The notes under the pieces are model-generated. The model was not told the DNA's origin, did not search any database, and saw only the letters and a program-made list of their open reading frames with translations. From Candidatus Sericytochromatia bacterium (GTDB lineage Bacteria > Cyanobacteriota > Sericytochromatia > UBA7694): 64,000 bases of DNA. The DNA lies in assembly GCA_037968875.1 (NCBI GenBank), contig JBBKWI010000053.1, positions 1,207-65,206 of the forward strand. Reading direction: 5' to 3'. Shown here in pieces: positions 47,155-55,955 of the stretch (its first letter is position 1; each line of letters starts with the position of its first letter). The position numbers and the translations under genes are program-made.

Positions 47155-48543
47155 TTATTTTTGAGCCTGGAGTCTTTCAATACTCGCTGACAAAAGCTCG
47201 AGCGCCCAGGCTTCTTGTATGCTGGGCCAGCCCCAACTCCAGAGTTGGCTCATCACCTGAGCTTGCTCATTTGAGAGTTGAGATAGCATTTGCTCTTTAG
47301 AAGCTGCAACCTGAGCTGCCATTTGACGTAAGCCGGGCATCTGAACATGTTCAGGGTCAGCTTCAGCTGCAGCCAGATAACGGCTTAAATAATCAACAAA
47401 GCTTAGATTAGCAGCTTGAGCATGGGTTTGGAGATATTTTTGATACGCTGGCTGCAAGACTTCTGCCTGGTAAGCTTGCACCGCTTCGGGCTGCAAATTA
47501 CGACGAACCTGGGCCCGGATCTCAAAGCGAGCCGCTTGTCGTAGAGCCGAGCGTTGTTGTGAATGGAGAGCAGGCAAAGTAGAGTCTGCTCTAAATTGGG
47601 GTAAAAATGCTTCGGCAAACTCTGTTAGCAATTGCTGAGCAAATTGCTGATACATTTGTCTCATGGGCATCTGATTAACTGGCAAATCAGCAAAGCCAGG
47701 AATTTGTTCTTGATAAGGCCGCTGCTCCTGCAAAGCTTGAAAAGAAGTCTGGCGAATGATGCGCTCTTCGTTGATTTGATTCCAGACATCCTTAAGCATC
47801 ATGCCTGTTTTGCGATCAATCTCTAAAACTCGCCCTGCCGCAAATACAAAGTTGACGGACTGGGGCTTTACATCGACCTGACTTGCCTGGGCCAGGGTCT
47901 CTGGTTCTAGCCAGGACGCAAAACGTTCTCCCTCACGGGTAGAAACACCCAAATTGATAATTAAATGTTCAGCCGTTAAACCCAACTCCAACATGGGCGT
48001 TTTTGGCAGCCAATCCTGCTCAATTTCAGCTGGTTTCCCTTGTAAACGCAGGGACTGTGCATTCAAAAACCGCAAGATCCCAAGGGGGTGATCCAGAGAG
48101 GCGAAAATTTCTTTAAAGGAAAGATCTCCCCGCTGTAAGCCAGCTTCAGGGACCACTACAAACATTTTGATCATTCCCGGTCGAATGGGGTCAGCCGCAT
48201 AATCTAGCACCACCCAATAACTGGGTTCGGGATCCTTGTCCATGGCCACAGAAACCAGAGCAAAGCCCCGCTGTTGGTTCATGATCAGCCGAATTCTTGC
48301 CTGCCCTTTAGCTGAAACCGCTTGATACTCAGCTTGAAACGATTGTTGTTGATTAAAGGCTGTGCTCAGCTGCTTACTCTCTTGCTGGGCCTGTTCAGCC
48401 AGACTGGCAGCCAGGGCAGCCGGTTGCATCAGCGTCATGGCAAAGAGTAGACAAGATATGCTTTTCAGGCTATGGGCCAAACGTCTTTTGCGTTGCATCA
48501 TATTCTGAAATCTAGCCATTGTCCCGGATAAGCTCATGATCAC
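47155..48543 (-). CDS. Hypothetical exported protein
   Basis: Long ORF with signal-peptide-like segment ending AALA; start uncertain. Confidence 0.65.
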   Translation of the reverse strand: MIMSLSGTMARFQNMMQRKRRLAHSLKSISCLLFAMTLMQPAALAASLAEQAQQESKQLSTAFNQQQSFQAEYQAVSAKGQARIRLIMNQQRGFALVSVAMDKDPEPSYWVVLDYAADPIRPGMIKMFVVVPEAGLQRGDLSFKEIFASLDHPLGILRFLNAQSLRLQGKPAEIEQDWLPKTPMLELGLTAEHLIINLGVSTREGERFASWLEPETLAQASQVDVKPQSVNFVFAAGRVLEIDRKTGMMLKDVWNQINEERIIRQTSFQALQEQRPYQEQIPGFADLPVNQMPMRQMYQQFAQQLLTEFAEAFLPQFRADSTLPALHSQQRSALRQAARFEIRAQVRRNLQPEAVQAYQAEVLQPAYQKYLQTHAQAANLSFVDYLSRYLAAAEADPEHVQMPGLRQMAAQVAASKEQMLSQLSNEQAQVMSQLWSWGWPSIQEAWALELLSASIERLQAQK

Positions 48544-48689
48544 CTCTTTATACCTATTTTATTCAGTGTGCCATGCATTTAAAGCAAACGGAAATACATC
48601 GATTCTGAGCCGTCAATACTAACCAGGAATCAACAGCAGCTAAATAATCCTGTAAACTAAGGATAATAGCTTTTCAAAGGAAGATGATT

Positions 48690-49637
48690 ATGGCTGGAGC
48701 CAGTTTGCTCACTCTGATTGACGATATAGCAACTCTTTTGGACGATGTGTCCGTGATGACCAAAGTCGCTGCTCAAAAAACAGCAGGGGTCCTCGGAGAC
48801 GACCTGGCGCTCAATGCCCAGCAGGTATCTGGGGTCAACCCTGACCGAGAATTGCCTGTGGTCTGGGGTGTCGCCAAGGGCTCGATGGTCAATAAGGCCA
48901 TTTTGGTTCCGGCTGCACTGGCGATCTCAGCTTTTATTCCCTGGGCGATCACGCCTTTGTTGATGCTGGGTGGGGCTTATCTCTGTTTTGAGGGCTTTGA
49001 AAAACTGGCTCACCCCTTTTTGCATCAAAATGATCCTGCAGATCAGCAACATGATCAAGACTTGCGTGAGGCTGTGGCTGATCCAAAATTGGATCTGGTC
49101 AAATTTGAGCAGGACAAAATCAAAGGCGCAGTGCGTACCGATTTTATTTTGTCAGCTGAAATTATTGCGATTACCCTGGGTACCGTCGCCGCCGCCCCTT
49201 TTATATCTCAGGTCGCTGTACTCTGCGGCATTGCCATGATTATGACCGTCGGCGTTTATGGCTTTGTAGCCGCAATTGTCAAGCTCGACGATCTGGGTTT
49301 ATACCTCAGTCAAAAAAGCAGCGCCATTAGCCAACATATAGGTAAATTCCTGCTAGCAGCGGCCCCGCTGCTAATGAAAACGCTCTCGGTGCTGGGCACT
49401 GCCGCCATGTTTACTGTCGGTGGTGGTATCATTACTCATGGTTTCCACGCCCTCAGCGAGGGAATTGAGCATCTGGCCCATCGTTTGGGAACCTTACCTG
49501 CAGCGGGCCGCTTTTTAGAAGGCTTGACCCCGATTTTATTAGATGCCGTCGTCGGCTTGATTACGGGTGCGATTACACTGGGGATAGTCATGCTCTTTGG
49601 TAGGCTCTTTAACAAAAAAGAGGCACAGCATGCTTAA
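48690..49637 (+). CDS. DUF808 (YedI-like) inner membrane protein
   Basis: [43 protein letters not shown]. Confidence 0.92.
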   Translation: MAGASLLTLIDDIATLLDDVSVMTKVAAQKTAGVLGDDLALNAQQVSGVNPDRELPVVWGVAKGSMVNKAILVPAALAISAFIPWAITPLLMLGGAYLCFEGFEKLAHPFLHQNDPADQQHDQDLREAVADPKLDLVKFEQDKIKGAVRTDFILSAEIIAITLGTVAAAPFISQVAVLCGIAMIMTVGVYGFVAAIVKLDDLGLYLSQKSSAISQHIGKFLLAAAPLLMKTLSVLGTAAMFTVGGGIITHGFHALSEGIEHLAHRLGTLPAAGRFLEGLTPILLDAVVGLITGAITLGIVMLFGRLFNKKEAQHA

Positions 49638-49691
49638 AGACAAAACGAACACACTTTTATGCGATAACTTAGGTCATGCCAGGAGAAAACA

Positions 49692-50057
49692 ATGACACAA
49701 ACAACATTTAAACCTATTTTCGAGAGATTGCGTGCTATTTTAAAAAACTACGCACCAAGTCTCGACTGCACACATGATCTCGAAGACAATTATTATCTCA
49801 ATACGCGCCATCTGATGAAAAACAAAAAACCGCTCTATTTTGGATCTGTAGCCATCAAAAAGAACTACGTTTCTTACCATTTGATGCCAGTCTACGTTCA
49901 TCCTGAGCTGCTAGACACGATTTCAAGTGAACTCAAAAAACGGATGCAAGGTAAGTCTTGCTTTCATTTCAAAGCCGATGATCAAAGGCTTTTTGCTGAG
50001 TTGAGTGATTTAACAGCAGCTGGCTTTCATCGCTACCGGCAAGCACGAACCCTCTAG
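49692..50057 (+). CDS. Hypothetical protein (DUF1801/YdhG-like)
   Basis: K.YVSYHLMPVY..P.L..S..LKKRMQGKSCF.F motif; AGGAG SD. Confidence 0.7.
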   Translation: MTQTTFKPIFERLRAILKNYAPSLDCTHDLEDNYYLNTRHLMKNKKPLYFGSVAIKKNYVSYHLMPVYVHPELLDTISSELKKRMQGKSCFHFKADDQRLFAELSDLTAAGFHRYRQARTL

Positions 50058-50120
50058 TATTATTTCAAGTTCAAAACATTAGTCAGGATTTATACTAAAA
50101 GAAAAAAGTGAGGCTTCACC

Positions 50121-51173
50121 ATGTCATCACCAATTCTTAAGCATTTTGCTCTGGGCATGCCCTGGCAAACTCTCGATCCCTTTCTGTTTTGTGTTTACCA
50201 CCGGGACCACTTTCCCAAAGGAAATCAAAAACTGGGCCCAGCAAGCTCTTTGGCAGGCCGCCACATCGGTCAGGATTTCGTGATCAAAGATGGCTGGCGC
50301 ATGTATCATGGAGCTGAAGTACCGGGATTCCCTGGCCATCCTCACCGTGGCTTTGAAACCATCACCGTCGTCACCCAGGGGGTTGTCGACCACGCCGACT
50401 CCCTCGGAGCTGCCGGCCGCTATGGTGGCGGTGATGCCCAGTGGATGACCGCCGGGAATGGCGTGCAACATTCTGAAATGTTCCCACTGATTGAAGAGAA
50501 TATCGACAATCCGCTGGAGCTTTTTCAAATTTGGCTTAATTTACCTGCCAAAAGCAAAACTGCTGAGCCCCATTTTGCAATGCTCTGGCAAGAGCAAATC
50601 CCAATCGTGTCAGAGCAAGATGCGCAAGGCAACAAGATTGAATTGACACTGGTCGCAGGGGCCTATCAGGGTCAGACGCCGCCCCCTCCTCCACCTGATT
50701 CATGGGCAGCTGAAGCCGAGCATGATGTCGCTGTTTGGTTAATCCGATTGGCCCCCAACGCCGAATGGACTTTGCCTACCGCCAATAGCGAAGTTAATCG
50801 CAATCTCTATTGTTTCAAAGGAGAGCTCAGCCTCTCTGATCAAAGCTTAGGAACTGAGCAGGGCGTCTCACTAGATGCCAGCCAAAGCGTAAGCCTACAC
50901 AACGGTCCCCAGGAAACCCGCCTGTTGCTTTTGCAAGGGCGTCCGATCAAAGAGCCGGTCGTGCAATACGGACCTTTTGTGATGAATAATCAGGCTCAAA
51001 TCGAAGAGACCTTTCGGGATTATCAGGCGACTCAGTTCGGTGGCTGGCCCTGGCCAAGTGCTGAGCCCGTGCATCCGCGTGAAATGGGCCGCTTCGCACG
51101 CTACCCCGACGGCCACGAAGAAATCCCGCTGGCTCAGGCAGCGATTCTGCAAACTCAAGAAAGCCAGGCATAA
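50121..51173 (+). CDS. Pirin family protein
   Basis: DPFL, HPHRGFET.T, H.DS.G, QWMTAG.G..HSE, QIWLNLP, GPFVMN. Confidence 0.95.
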   Translation: MSSPILKHFALGMPWQTLDPFLFCVYHRDHFPKGNQKLGPASSLAGRHIGQDFVIKDGWRMYHGAEVPGFPGHPHRGFETITVVTQGVVDHADSLGAAGRYGGGDAQWMTAGNGVQHSEMFPLIEENIDNPLELFQIWLNLPAKSKTAEPHFAMLWQEQIPIVSEQDAQGNKIELTLVAGAYQGQTPPPPPPDSWAAEAEHDVAVWLIRLAPNAEWTLPTANSEVNRNLYCFKGELSLSDQSLGTEQGVSLDASQSVSLHNGPQETRLLLLQGRPIKEPVVQYGPFVMNNQAQIEETFRDYQATQFGGWPWPSAEPVHPREMGRFARYPDGHEEIPLAQAAILQTQESQA

Positions 51174-51176
51174 GTA

Positions 51177-51833
51177 ATGTCAGTAAAAAATATTGCAATA
51201 GAAATCTGGTCTGATATCGTCTGCCCTTTTTGCTACATTGGCAAACGGCATTTAGAACTGGCTGTGGCCGAATTTAAAAATAAAGAACCCGAAGCAACGA
51301 TCAATATTCATTGGCGCAGCTTTGAACTAGACTCTCAGGCACCGGCATCAGACGAGCGCTCGATCACAGAGATTTTAAGTAAAAAGTATGGACGCAGCCC
51401 AGCAGAAACCCAGGCCATGATCACAAATATGCAGCAAATGGGAGCAAGTGTCGGACTGCAAATGAATATGGCAGGAGTGAAACGGATCAATACCTTTGAT
51501 TTACATCGTCTCTTGCACTTTGCCGACAGTCAGCAACGCCAAAATGAACTCAAAGAAGCGTTTATGGAAGCTTATTTTGTTGATAACCGTGATTTGAGCC
51601 AGCAAAGTGAGATTTTAAAAAGTGTCCTGCAGGTAGGCTTGTCTGAAGAGCAAGCCAGGACAGTGCTGGAGTCAACCCAGTATGCCGAACAAGTCAGAGC
51701 AGATCAGGACCTCGGACGTGAATTTGGAATCCAGGGCGTGCCCTTCTTTGTCTTCAATCAGCAACTGGGCGTCTCAGGCGCACAACCCGTCTCGACTCTC
51801 GTTGAGGCCTTGCACCAAAGCTGCCAGTCCTAA
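51177..51833 (+). CDS. DsbA-family (FrnE-like) oxidoreductase
   Basis: WSD.VCPFCYIG, GVPFF, GAQ. Confidence 0.92.
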   Translation: MSVKNIAIEIWSDIVCPFCYIGKRHLELAVAEFKNKEPEATINIHWRSFELDSQAPASDERSITEILSKKYGRSPAETQAMITNMQQMGASVGLQMNMAGVKRINTFDLHRLLHFADSQQRQNELKEAFMEAYFVDNRDLSQQSEILKSVLQVGLSEEQARTVLESTQYAEQVRADQDLGREFGIQGVPFFVFNQQLGVSGAQPVSTLVEALHQSCQS

Positions 51834-52178
51834 TTTCATCGGTTATACTATGGGCAAAACGAAGGAGCAAATCCATGCCCCCTATTTTTCGGCCCTTTGT
51901 ATTAAGCCTCTGCTTAACCCTGAGCTCACCGGCCAGCAAGCGTTCCCACTGACACCTTTCCCCGATCAGGAATTCCGCTTTGCTCCAGCAGGGGTACGGA
52001 TTGTATTCAATCACAAAACAAAACCGATCCAGTTCAGCCTTTTTCAGGGAGGCGGCCAATATCTTTTTACACGTCAAGCCAACCAGGCTGAATGATTAAG
52101 AATAGTCTCCACTAGCTGCTCATTTTCTCAATCATCTGCTAAACTTGCTTGTCATCTGAATGGCAGAGGAGAACACCC

Positions 52179-53726
52179 ATGGCGACCCATCGCATAAAAT
52201 TACTGGTCCGCAATACCCAATTTAAAGATCGTGCTGCGATTAACCGAATTTTAGCCAAAACCTATCCCGGCATGGAAGGCTATCCTGCCAAAGCCATTCA
52301 AGCTCAGCTCAATCATTTTGCTGAAGGCCAATTTGTGGTCGAATATGAAGGCGAAGTCGTTGGTTTTTGTATGACTTTTATCGTTTCAGGTCGCAAGGCC
52401 TTAAAAAACCATACCTGGACAGATATTACCAATGATGGCTTTGCTTCGCAACACGATGCTACCGCAGATTATCTCTATGGCATGGAAGTCTGTGTCGACT
52501 CAGACTATCGCGGAAAAAAAATTGGTGCGCGCCTCTATAATGAACGCAAAAAATTATGCCAACGTCTGGGCCTGAGAGGGATTGTCTTTGGCGCCCGTCT
52601 GCCTGGATTCTCTAAGCGCATTAAGCAATATCCCACCATGGAAGAATACCTGGAAGCGGTTTCGACCAAGCGGATTCGTGATGCCACGGTCTCTTTTCAG
52701 ATGCGCAATGGCTTTGAACCCATTAAAATTTTAGTTGATTATTTGCCTTCAGACACCGAATCCAAAGGCTATGCCGTTTTGATGAAATGGGAAAACCCCC
52801 TCGTCGATAAGCAGGGAAAAACCGAAGTCTTATACCATGAAGATGCCAAAGATATTGTTCGCGTTTGCACGATCAATTTTCGCCAACGCGGGATCCGCTC
52901 CTTTTTAGATTTCAAAGAAATCATTGAGTATTTTGTCGAAGCCGCTGCCGATTATCGCTGTGATTTTTTGGTGTTCCCTGAGTTTGTTACAATGGGATTT
53001 CTGGCAATGGAAAACGCCCGTCAATCACCGGTCAAAGCCCTGGAGCAACTGGGCAATTACACAGAGCAATATGAACATCTAATGTCAGAAGCTGCCGTCC
53101 GTTTCAACATTAATATCATTGGCGGCACCCATATCATCAAAGACGAAGACGGGCATATGCAAAATATCTGTCATGTCTTTTTGCGCGATGGCATGGTCTA
53201 TCGTCAAGCCAAATTACACCCCACCCCTGCTGAAGCCGAATGGTGGGATATTCAGGGGGGCAACAAGCTCTCTGTGATCAACACAGATCGGGTCCCGATT
53301 GGCGTTCTGGTAGGCTATGACATTACTTTCCCTGAGCCCGCGCGTCATTTGGTTGATCAAGGGGCCAAAATACTATTTGTACCTTTCCAGGCGGATACCA
53401 GCCAAACCTATTTGGGCATTCGGATTTGCGCACAGGCCAGAGCGATTGAAAACCAGTGTTATGTTGCTCTTTCAGGTAGCATTGGCAATTTGCCACGGGT
53501 CCGCAATATGGATATCAATTATGCCCAGAGCTGTATTTTGACACCCTCTGACTTTGCTTTTGACCGGGACGGTGTCGCCGCTGATACGTCACCGGATGCA
53601 GAAATGGTGGCGATTGCCGATCTGAGTATCTCAGATCTGGTCAAAGCCAGAAACAACGGCACGATGCGCAATCTCAAAGATCGGCGTCATGATTTGTACC
53701 GCGTACACTGGAAAGGTAATAATTAG
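52179..53726 (+). CDS. GNAT acetyltransferase / carbon-nitrogen hydrolase fusion (hydrolase nucleophile Cys absent)
   Basis: V...YRG..IG.RLY GNAT motif A; FPE, K.H.TP.E, GYD..FPE, ARAIENQ; GAGGAG SD before ATG 52179. Confidence 0.9.
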   Translation: MATHRIKLLVRNTQFKDRAAINRILAKTYPGMEGYPAKAIQAQLNHFAEGQFVVEYEGEVVGFCMTFIVSGRKALKNHTWTDITNDGFASQHDATADYLYGMEVCVDSDYRGKKIGARLYNERKKLCQRLGLRGIVFGARLPGFSKRIKQYPTMEEYLEAVSTKRIRDATVSFQMRNGFEPIKILVDYLPSDTESKGYAVLMKWENPLVDKQGKTEVLYHEDAKDIVRVCTINFRQRGIRSFLDFKEIIEYFVEAAADYRCDFLVFPEFVTMGFLAMENARQSPVKALEQLGNYTEQYEHLMSEAAVRFNINIIGGTHIIKDEDGHMQNICHVFLRDGMVYRQAKLHPTPAEAEWWDIQGGNKLSVINTDRVPIGVLVGYDITFPEPARHLVDQGAKILFVPFQADTSQTYLGIRICAQARAIENQCYVALSGSIGNLPRVRNMDINYAQSCILTPSDFAFDRDGVAADTSPDAEMVAIADLSISDLVKARNNGTMRNLKDRRHDLYRVHWKGNN

Positions 53727-53743
53727 TAAGCAACGCTCAGCGT

Positions 53744-54931
53744 TTACTCAGGGCCGTAAAGCGCACCACAATTCTTTAAAAAGTCTTGTAGGGGAACTGT
53801 CTCGTAAGCAGTAATACTGCTCTCAGCACTGTTTTTGTGATAGGTCCCTGTAGATAAATAGGTCACGGTCTGATTCTTGGCATCAAAATCTGTCAAGACG
53901 ACATAATGCATAGGTGATTTCAGCAAAGTGATCAGCTCATGCTCTCCACGCTTGACTGCCGAAACCGCGTTCAGATAGGCCGATTTATTACCCAGGATTT
54001 TATTTAAACTAAGCATTGAGTCTCGTTCAAAAGGTTTACCTGTCATAGATTCGATTAAAGGCTCGATCAAAAATGGGTTGCCCCCCCCGTTACCGGCAAA
54101 TTTCGTCTTCAATCCGACGTCATCTTTTTTGGCATTATAATCCGCCCAGTCGGTGAGCTGTACAAGTGCCTTCAGGCCCTTATCGAGTAAATTATCACTG
54201 GCTTTGGTTTTCCAGGCCCGATCACCGCCAAACAAAGAAATATCTTGCATGACAGCTGATTGAAAAAGAACATCACTGAGATCCCGCTTGTCATGATCCT
54301 TGCCATTGTTAAAAAGATACTTCGGCTGGTCTTTCAGATAATCCCGTGTATCTGCGGGTAGTTTAATTGAGGAGCCATCGCGCAATTTAGCCTTGCCTTG
54401 AGTCGCCAAATTTTTCATAATATGCACCATTTCAGCGGGATCATTGGCTGTCATATAGTTTTGAATAGCTGCAGAGCCACAGGTAAATTGCGGGCCCTGA
54501 AATATTTCTGAGCGATCTGCTAAGCGTGAAATCAGCTGTTTGGTGACAGCCTGAGTCGAAATTTCGGGGTAAACGCCTTTAGCCTGAGAGAGCGTGCTCA
54601 ATTGACTTAAAATCGTTTGTCCCTGGGCATCTTGTTTCAATAAAATCGGCGACGGCCCCCGCGTCATGCTTTCAAGGCTGTCTGCCAAATCAGGAAATCG
54701 CTGTTGTAATAAAACCAAATCTTGTTGTTGTGCTGGGCTCAGCTCTGAGATTAAAGACACGGTATGTTTAGATTCTGCTTGCGGATAATCTGTTAGGACT
54801 TGCGAATCTTGGCTTACCTGTTCTGACGCCATCGCGATAGAAACCGAGTCGGTTTTCTCAGTTTGATTGATCGAAACCGATTGATTAGACACACTCGGTG
54901 CCATTGAGCCTGAAGACCCATTGATTTGCAT
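53744..54931 (-). CDS. Hypothetical protein with papain-like (C39-type) protease motif
   Basis: Q.....CG (IFQGPQFTCGSAA) and HYVV...D; Ser/Gln-rich N-terminus. Confidence 0.55.
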   Translation of the reverse strand: MQINGSSGSMAPSVSNQSVSINQTEKTDSVSIAMASEQVSQDSQVLTDYPQAESKHTVSLISELSPAQQQDLVLLQQRFPDLADSLESMTRGPSPILLKQDAQGQTILSQLSTLSQAKGVYPEISTQAVTKQLISRLADRSEIFQGPQFTCGSAAIQNYMTANDPAEMVHIMKNLATQGKAKLRDGSSIKLPADTRDYLKDQPKYLFNNGKDHDKRDLSDVLFQSAVMQDISLFGGDRAWKTKASDNLLDKGLKALVQLTDWADYNAKKDDVGLKTKFAGNGGGNPFLIEPLIESMTGKPFERDSMLSLNKILGNKSAYLNAVSAVKRGEHELITLLKSPMHYVVLTDFDAKNQTVTYLSTGTYHKNSAESSITAYETVPLQDFLKNCGALYGPE

Positions 54932-54950
54932 AGACTCACCTCACTATATA

Positions 54951-54977
54951 TTTTCGCCTCAAGTCAAGGAAATCTTG
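54951..54977 (-). promoter_or_regulatory. Putative sigma28 promoter
   Basis: Minus strand CAAGATTT-N11-GGCGAAAA, same geometry as the site at 31053-31079. Confidence 0.45.
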
Positions 54978-54997
54978 CTAAAATCAGGCGCTATCGA

Positions 54998-55711
54998 TTA
55001 CCAGGCCTCGTAATGAATTAAGGCTTTCATTACCCCCATTTTCAAAAGTAATTGTTCGACCTCAAACAACATTTTTTGGGGGCCGCAGAGATAATAATGC
55101 GCCAGTTGTGGGATCGCCAATTGCTTGAGCCAGGATTCGCTAATGCGTCCCTGATGGTCGATCCAGCCGGGCATTGCGTTTGTCGTGGCCCGACTGAGAT
55201 TAAACCAGGCTTGCATGCGCTCAGAAGCCTCACAAATAGCCTGAATATCTGAGAGAAAAGCAAATTCAGCTGGGTCAGCCGCAGAATAAATCAATGAAGC
55301 CTGGCACTCAGACCAACGATTGGCGACCGTTCGAAAAATACTAAGTAAAGGGGTCACGCCAATTCCGCCAGCGATCAAGACGACTTGATCACCCATTTCT
55401 GGCAGAAAAAAAACATCTCCCATGCCATGAGGAGAAATTTGAAAAGTTTCACCCAGCTGAGCCTGACTATGTAAATGCTGAGCTACCGGATGAGCTGATA
55501 ATTTGATAGCTAAGTCCAGAGTTTGATTGACTTCCATCGCAGCTGAACAAATCGATAAGCCAAGTACATCCTGATGCCCATCATGGTTCCAAAAGAGATC
55601 TAGCCACTGGCCTGCTTTAAAAGAGAAAGGCCGTTCGACTTCAAGAGTCAAGCGTTTGACCGTCGGGGTTTCGGTCTGTATCGTTATCAAGCGGGCATTA
55701 AGGTATTCCAT
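54998..55711 (-). CDS. FAD/NAD(P)-binding oxidoreductase (ferredoxin-reductase-like)
   Basis: F.AGQW, IAGGIG.TP, YLCGP..M, HYE.W. Confidence 0.88.
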   Translation of the reverse strand: MEYLNARLITIQTETPTVKRLTLEVERPFSFKAGQWLDLFWNHDGHQDVLGLSICSAAMEVNQTLDLAIKLSAHPVAQHLHSQAQLGETFQISPHGMGDVFFLPEMGDQVVLIAGGIGVTPLLSIFRTVANRWSECQASLIYSAADPAEFAFLSDIQAICEASERMQAWFNLSRATTNAMPGWIDHQGRISESWLKQLAIPQLAHYYLCGPQKMLFEVEQLLLKMGVMKALIHYEAW

Positions 55712-55730
55712 GGGTATCTCTCAGTTTCGT

Positions 55731-55759
55731 TTAACAATCTAACACCTTTAGCTTACAAT
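55731..55759 (+). promoter_or_regulatory. sigma70-type promoter giving a ~190-nt glmS leader
   Basis: TTAACA-N17-TACAAT. Confidence 0.55.
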
Positions 55760-55876
55760 ACGATCGACGACATATACCCCTTTTAAAACAAATGGAAGTG
55801 GACACCGTATTTAAGCTATCAAGAAGCCGTAAAATCGGGTTGTACTGGCAGCTAAGCTTTCTCCATTTCTAAATTT

Positions 55877-55950
55877 AAACTTTCCTTTGGGTCCTCTATA
55901 TGCTTGTCTCCTGTACAATAGGTCTAGTTATTTTGGTCAGAGGAAGGTTT
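55877..55950 (+). promoter_or_regulatory. Anti-Shine-Dalgarno stem in glmS leader
   Basis: 55877-55890 pairs with 55937-55950: 14 contiguous pairs, 3 of them G-U, covering GAGGAAGG. Confidence 0.5.
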
Positions 55951-55955
55951 TTTAT

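Noticed and set aside
46929..48543. Genomic island integrated at tRNA-Ser
   Set aside because: No integrase and no duplicated tRNA 3' end noticed in the window
51682..52095. Overlapping ORFs 51682-52095 (+) and 51754-52077 (-)
   Set aside because: No recognisable motifs or clear SD; both overlap the DsbA-like gene; cannot decide if either is real
55760..55955. Canonical glmS ribozyme or 6S RNA upstream of glmS
   Set aside because: The conserved AGCGCC ribozyme core is absent; pairing gives two side-by-side stems rather than one long 6S-like rod
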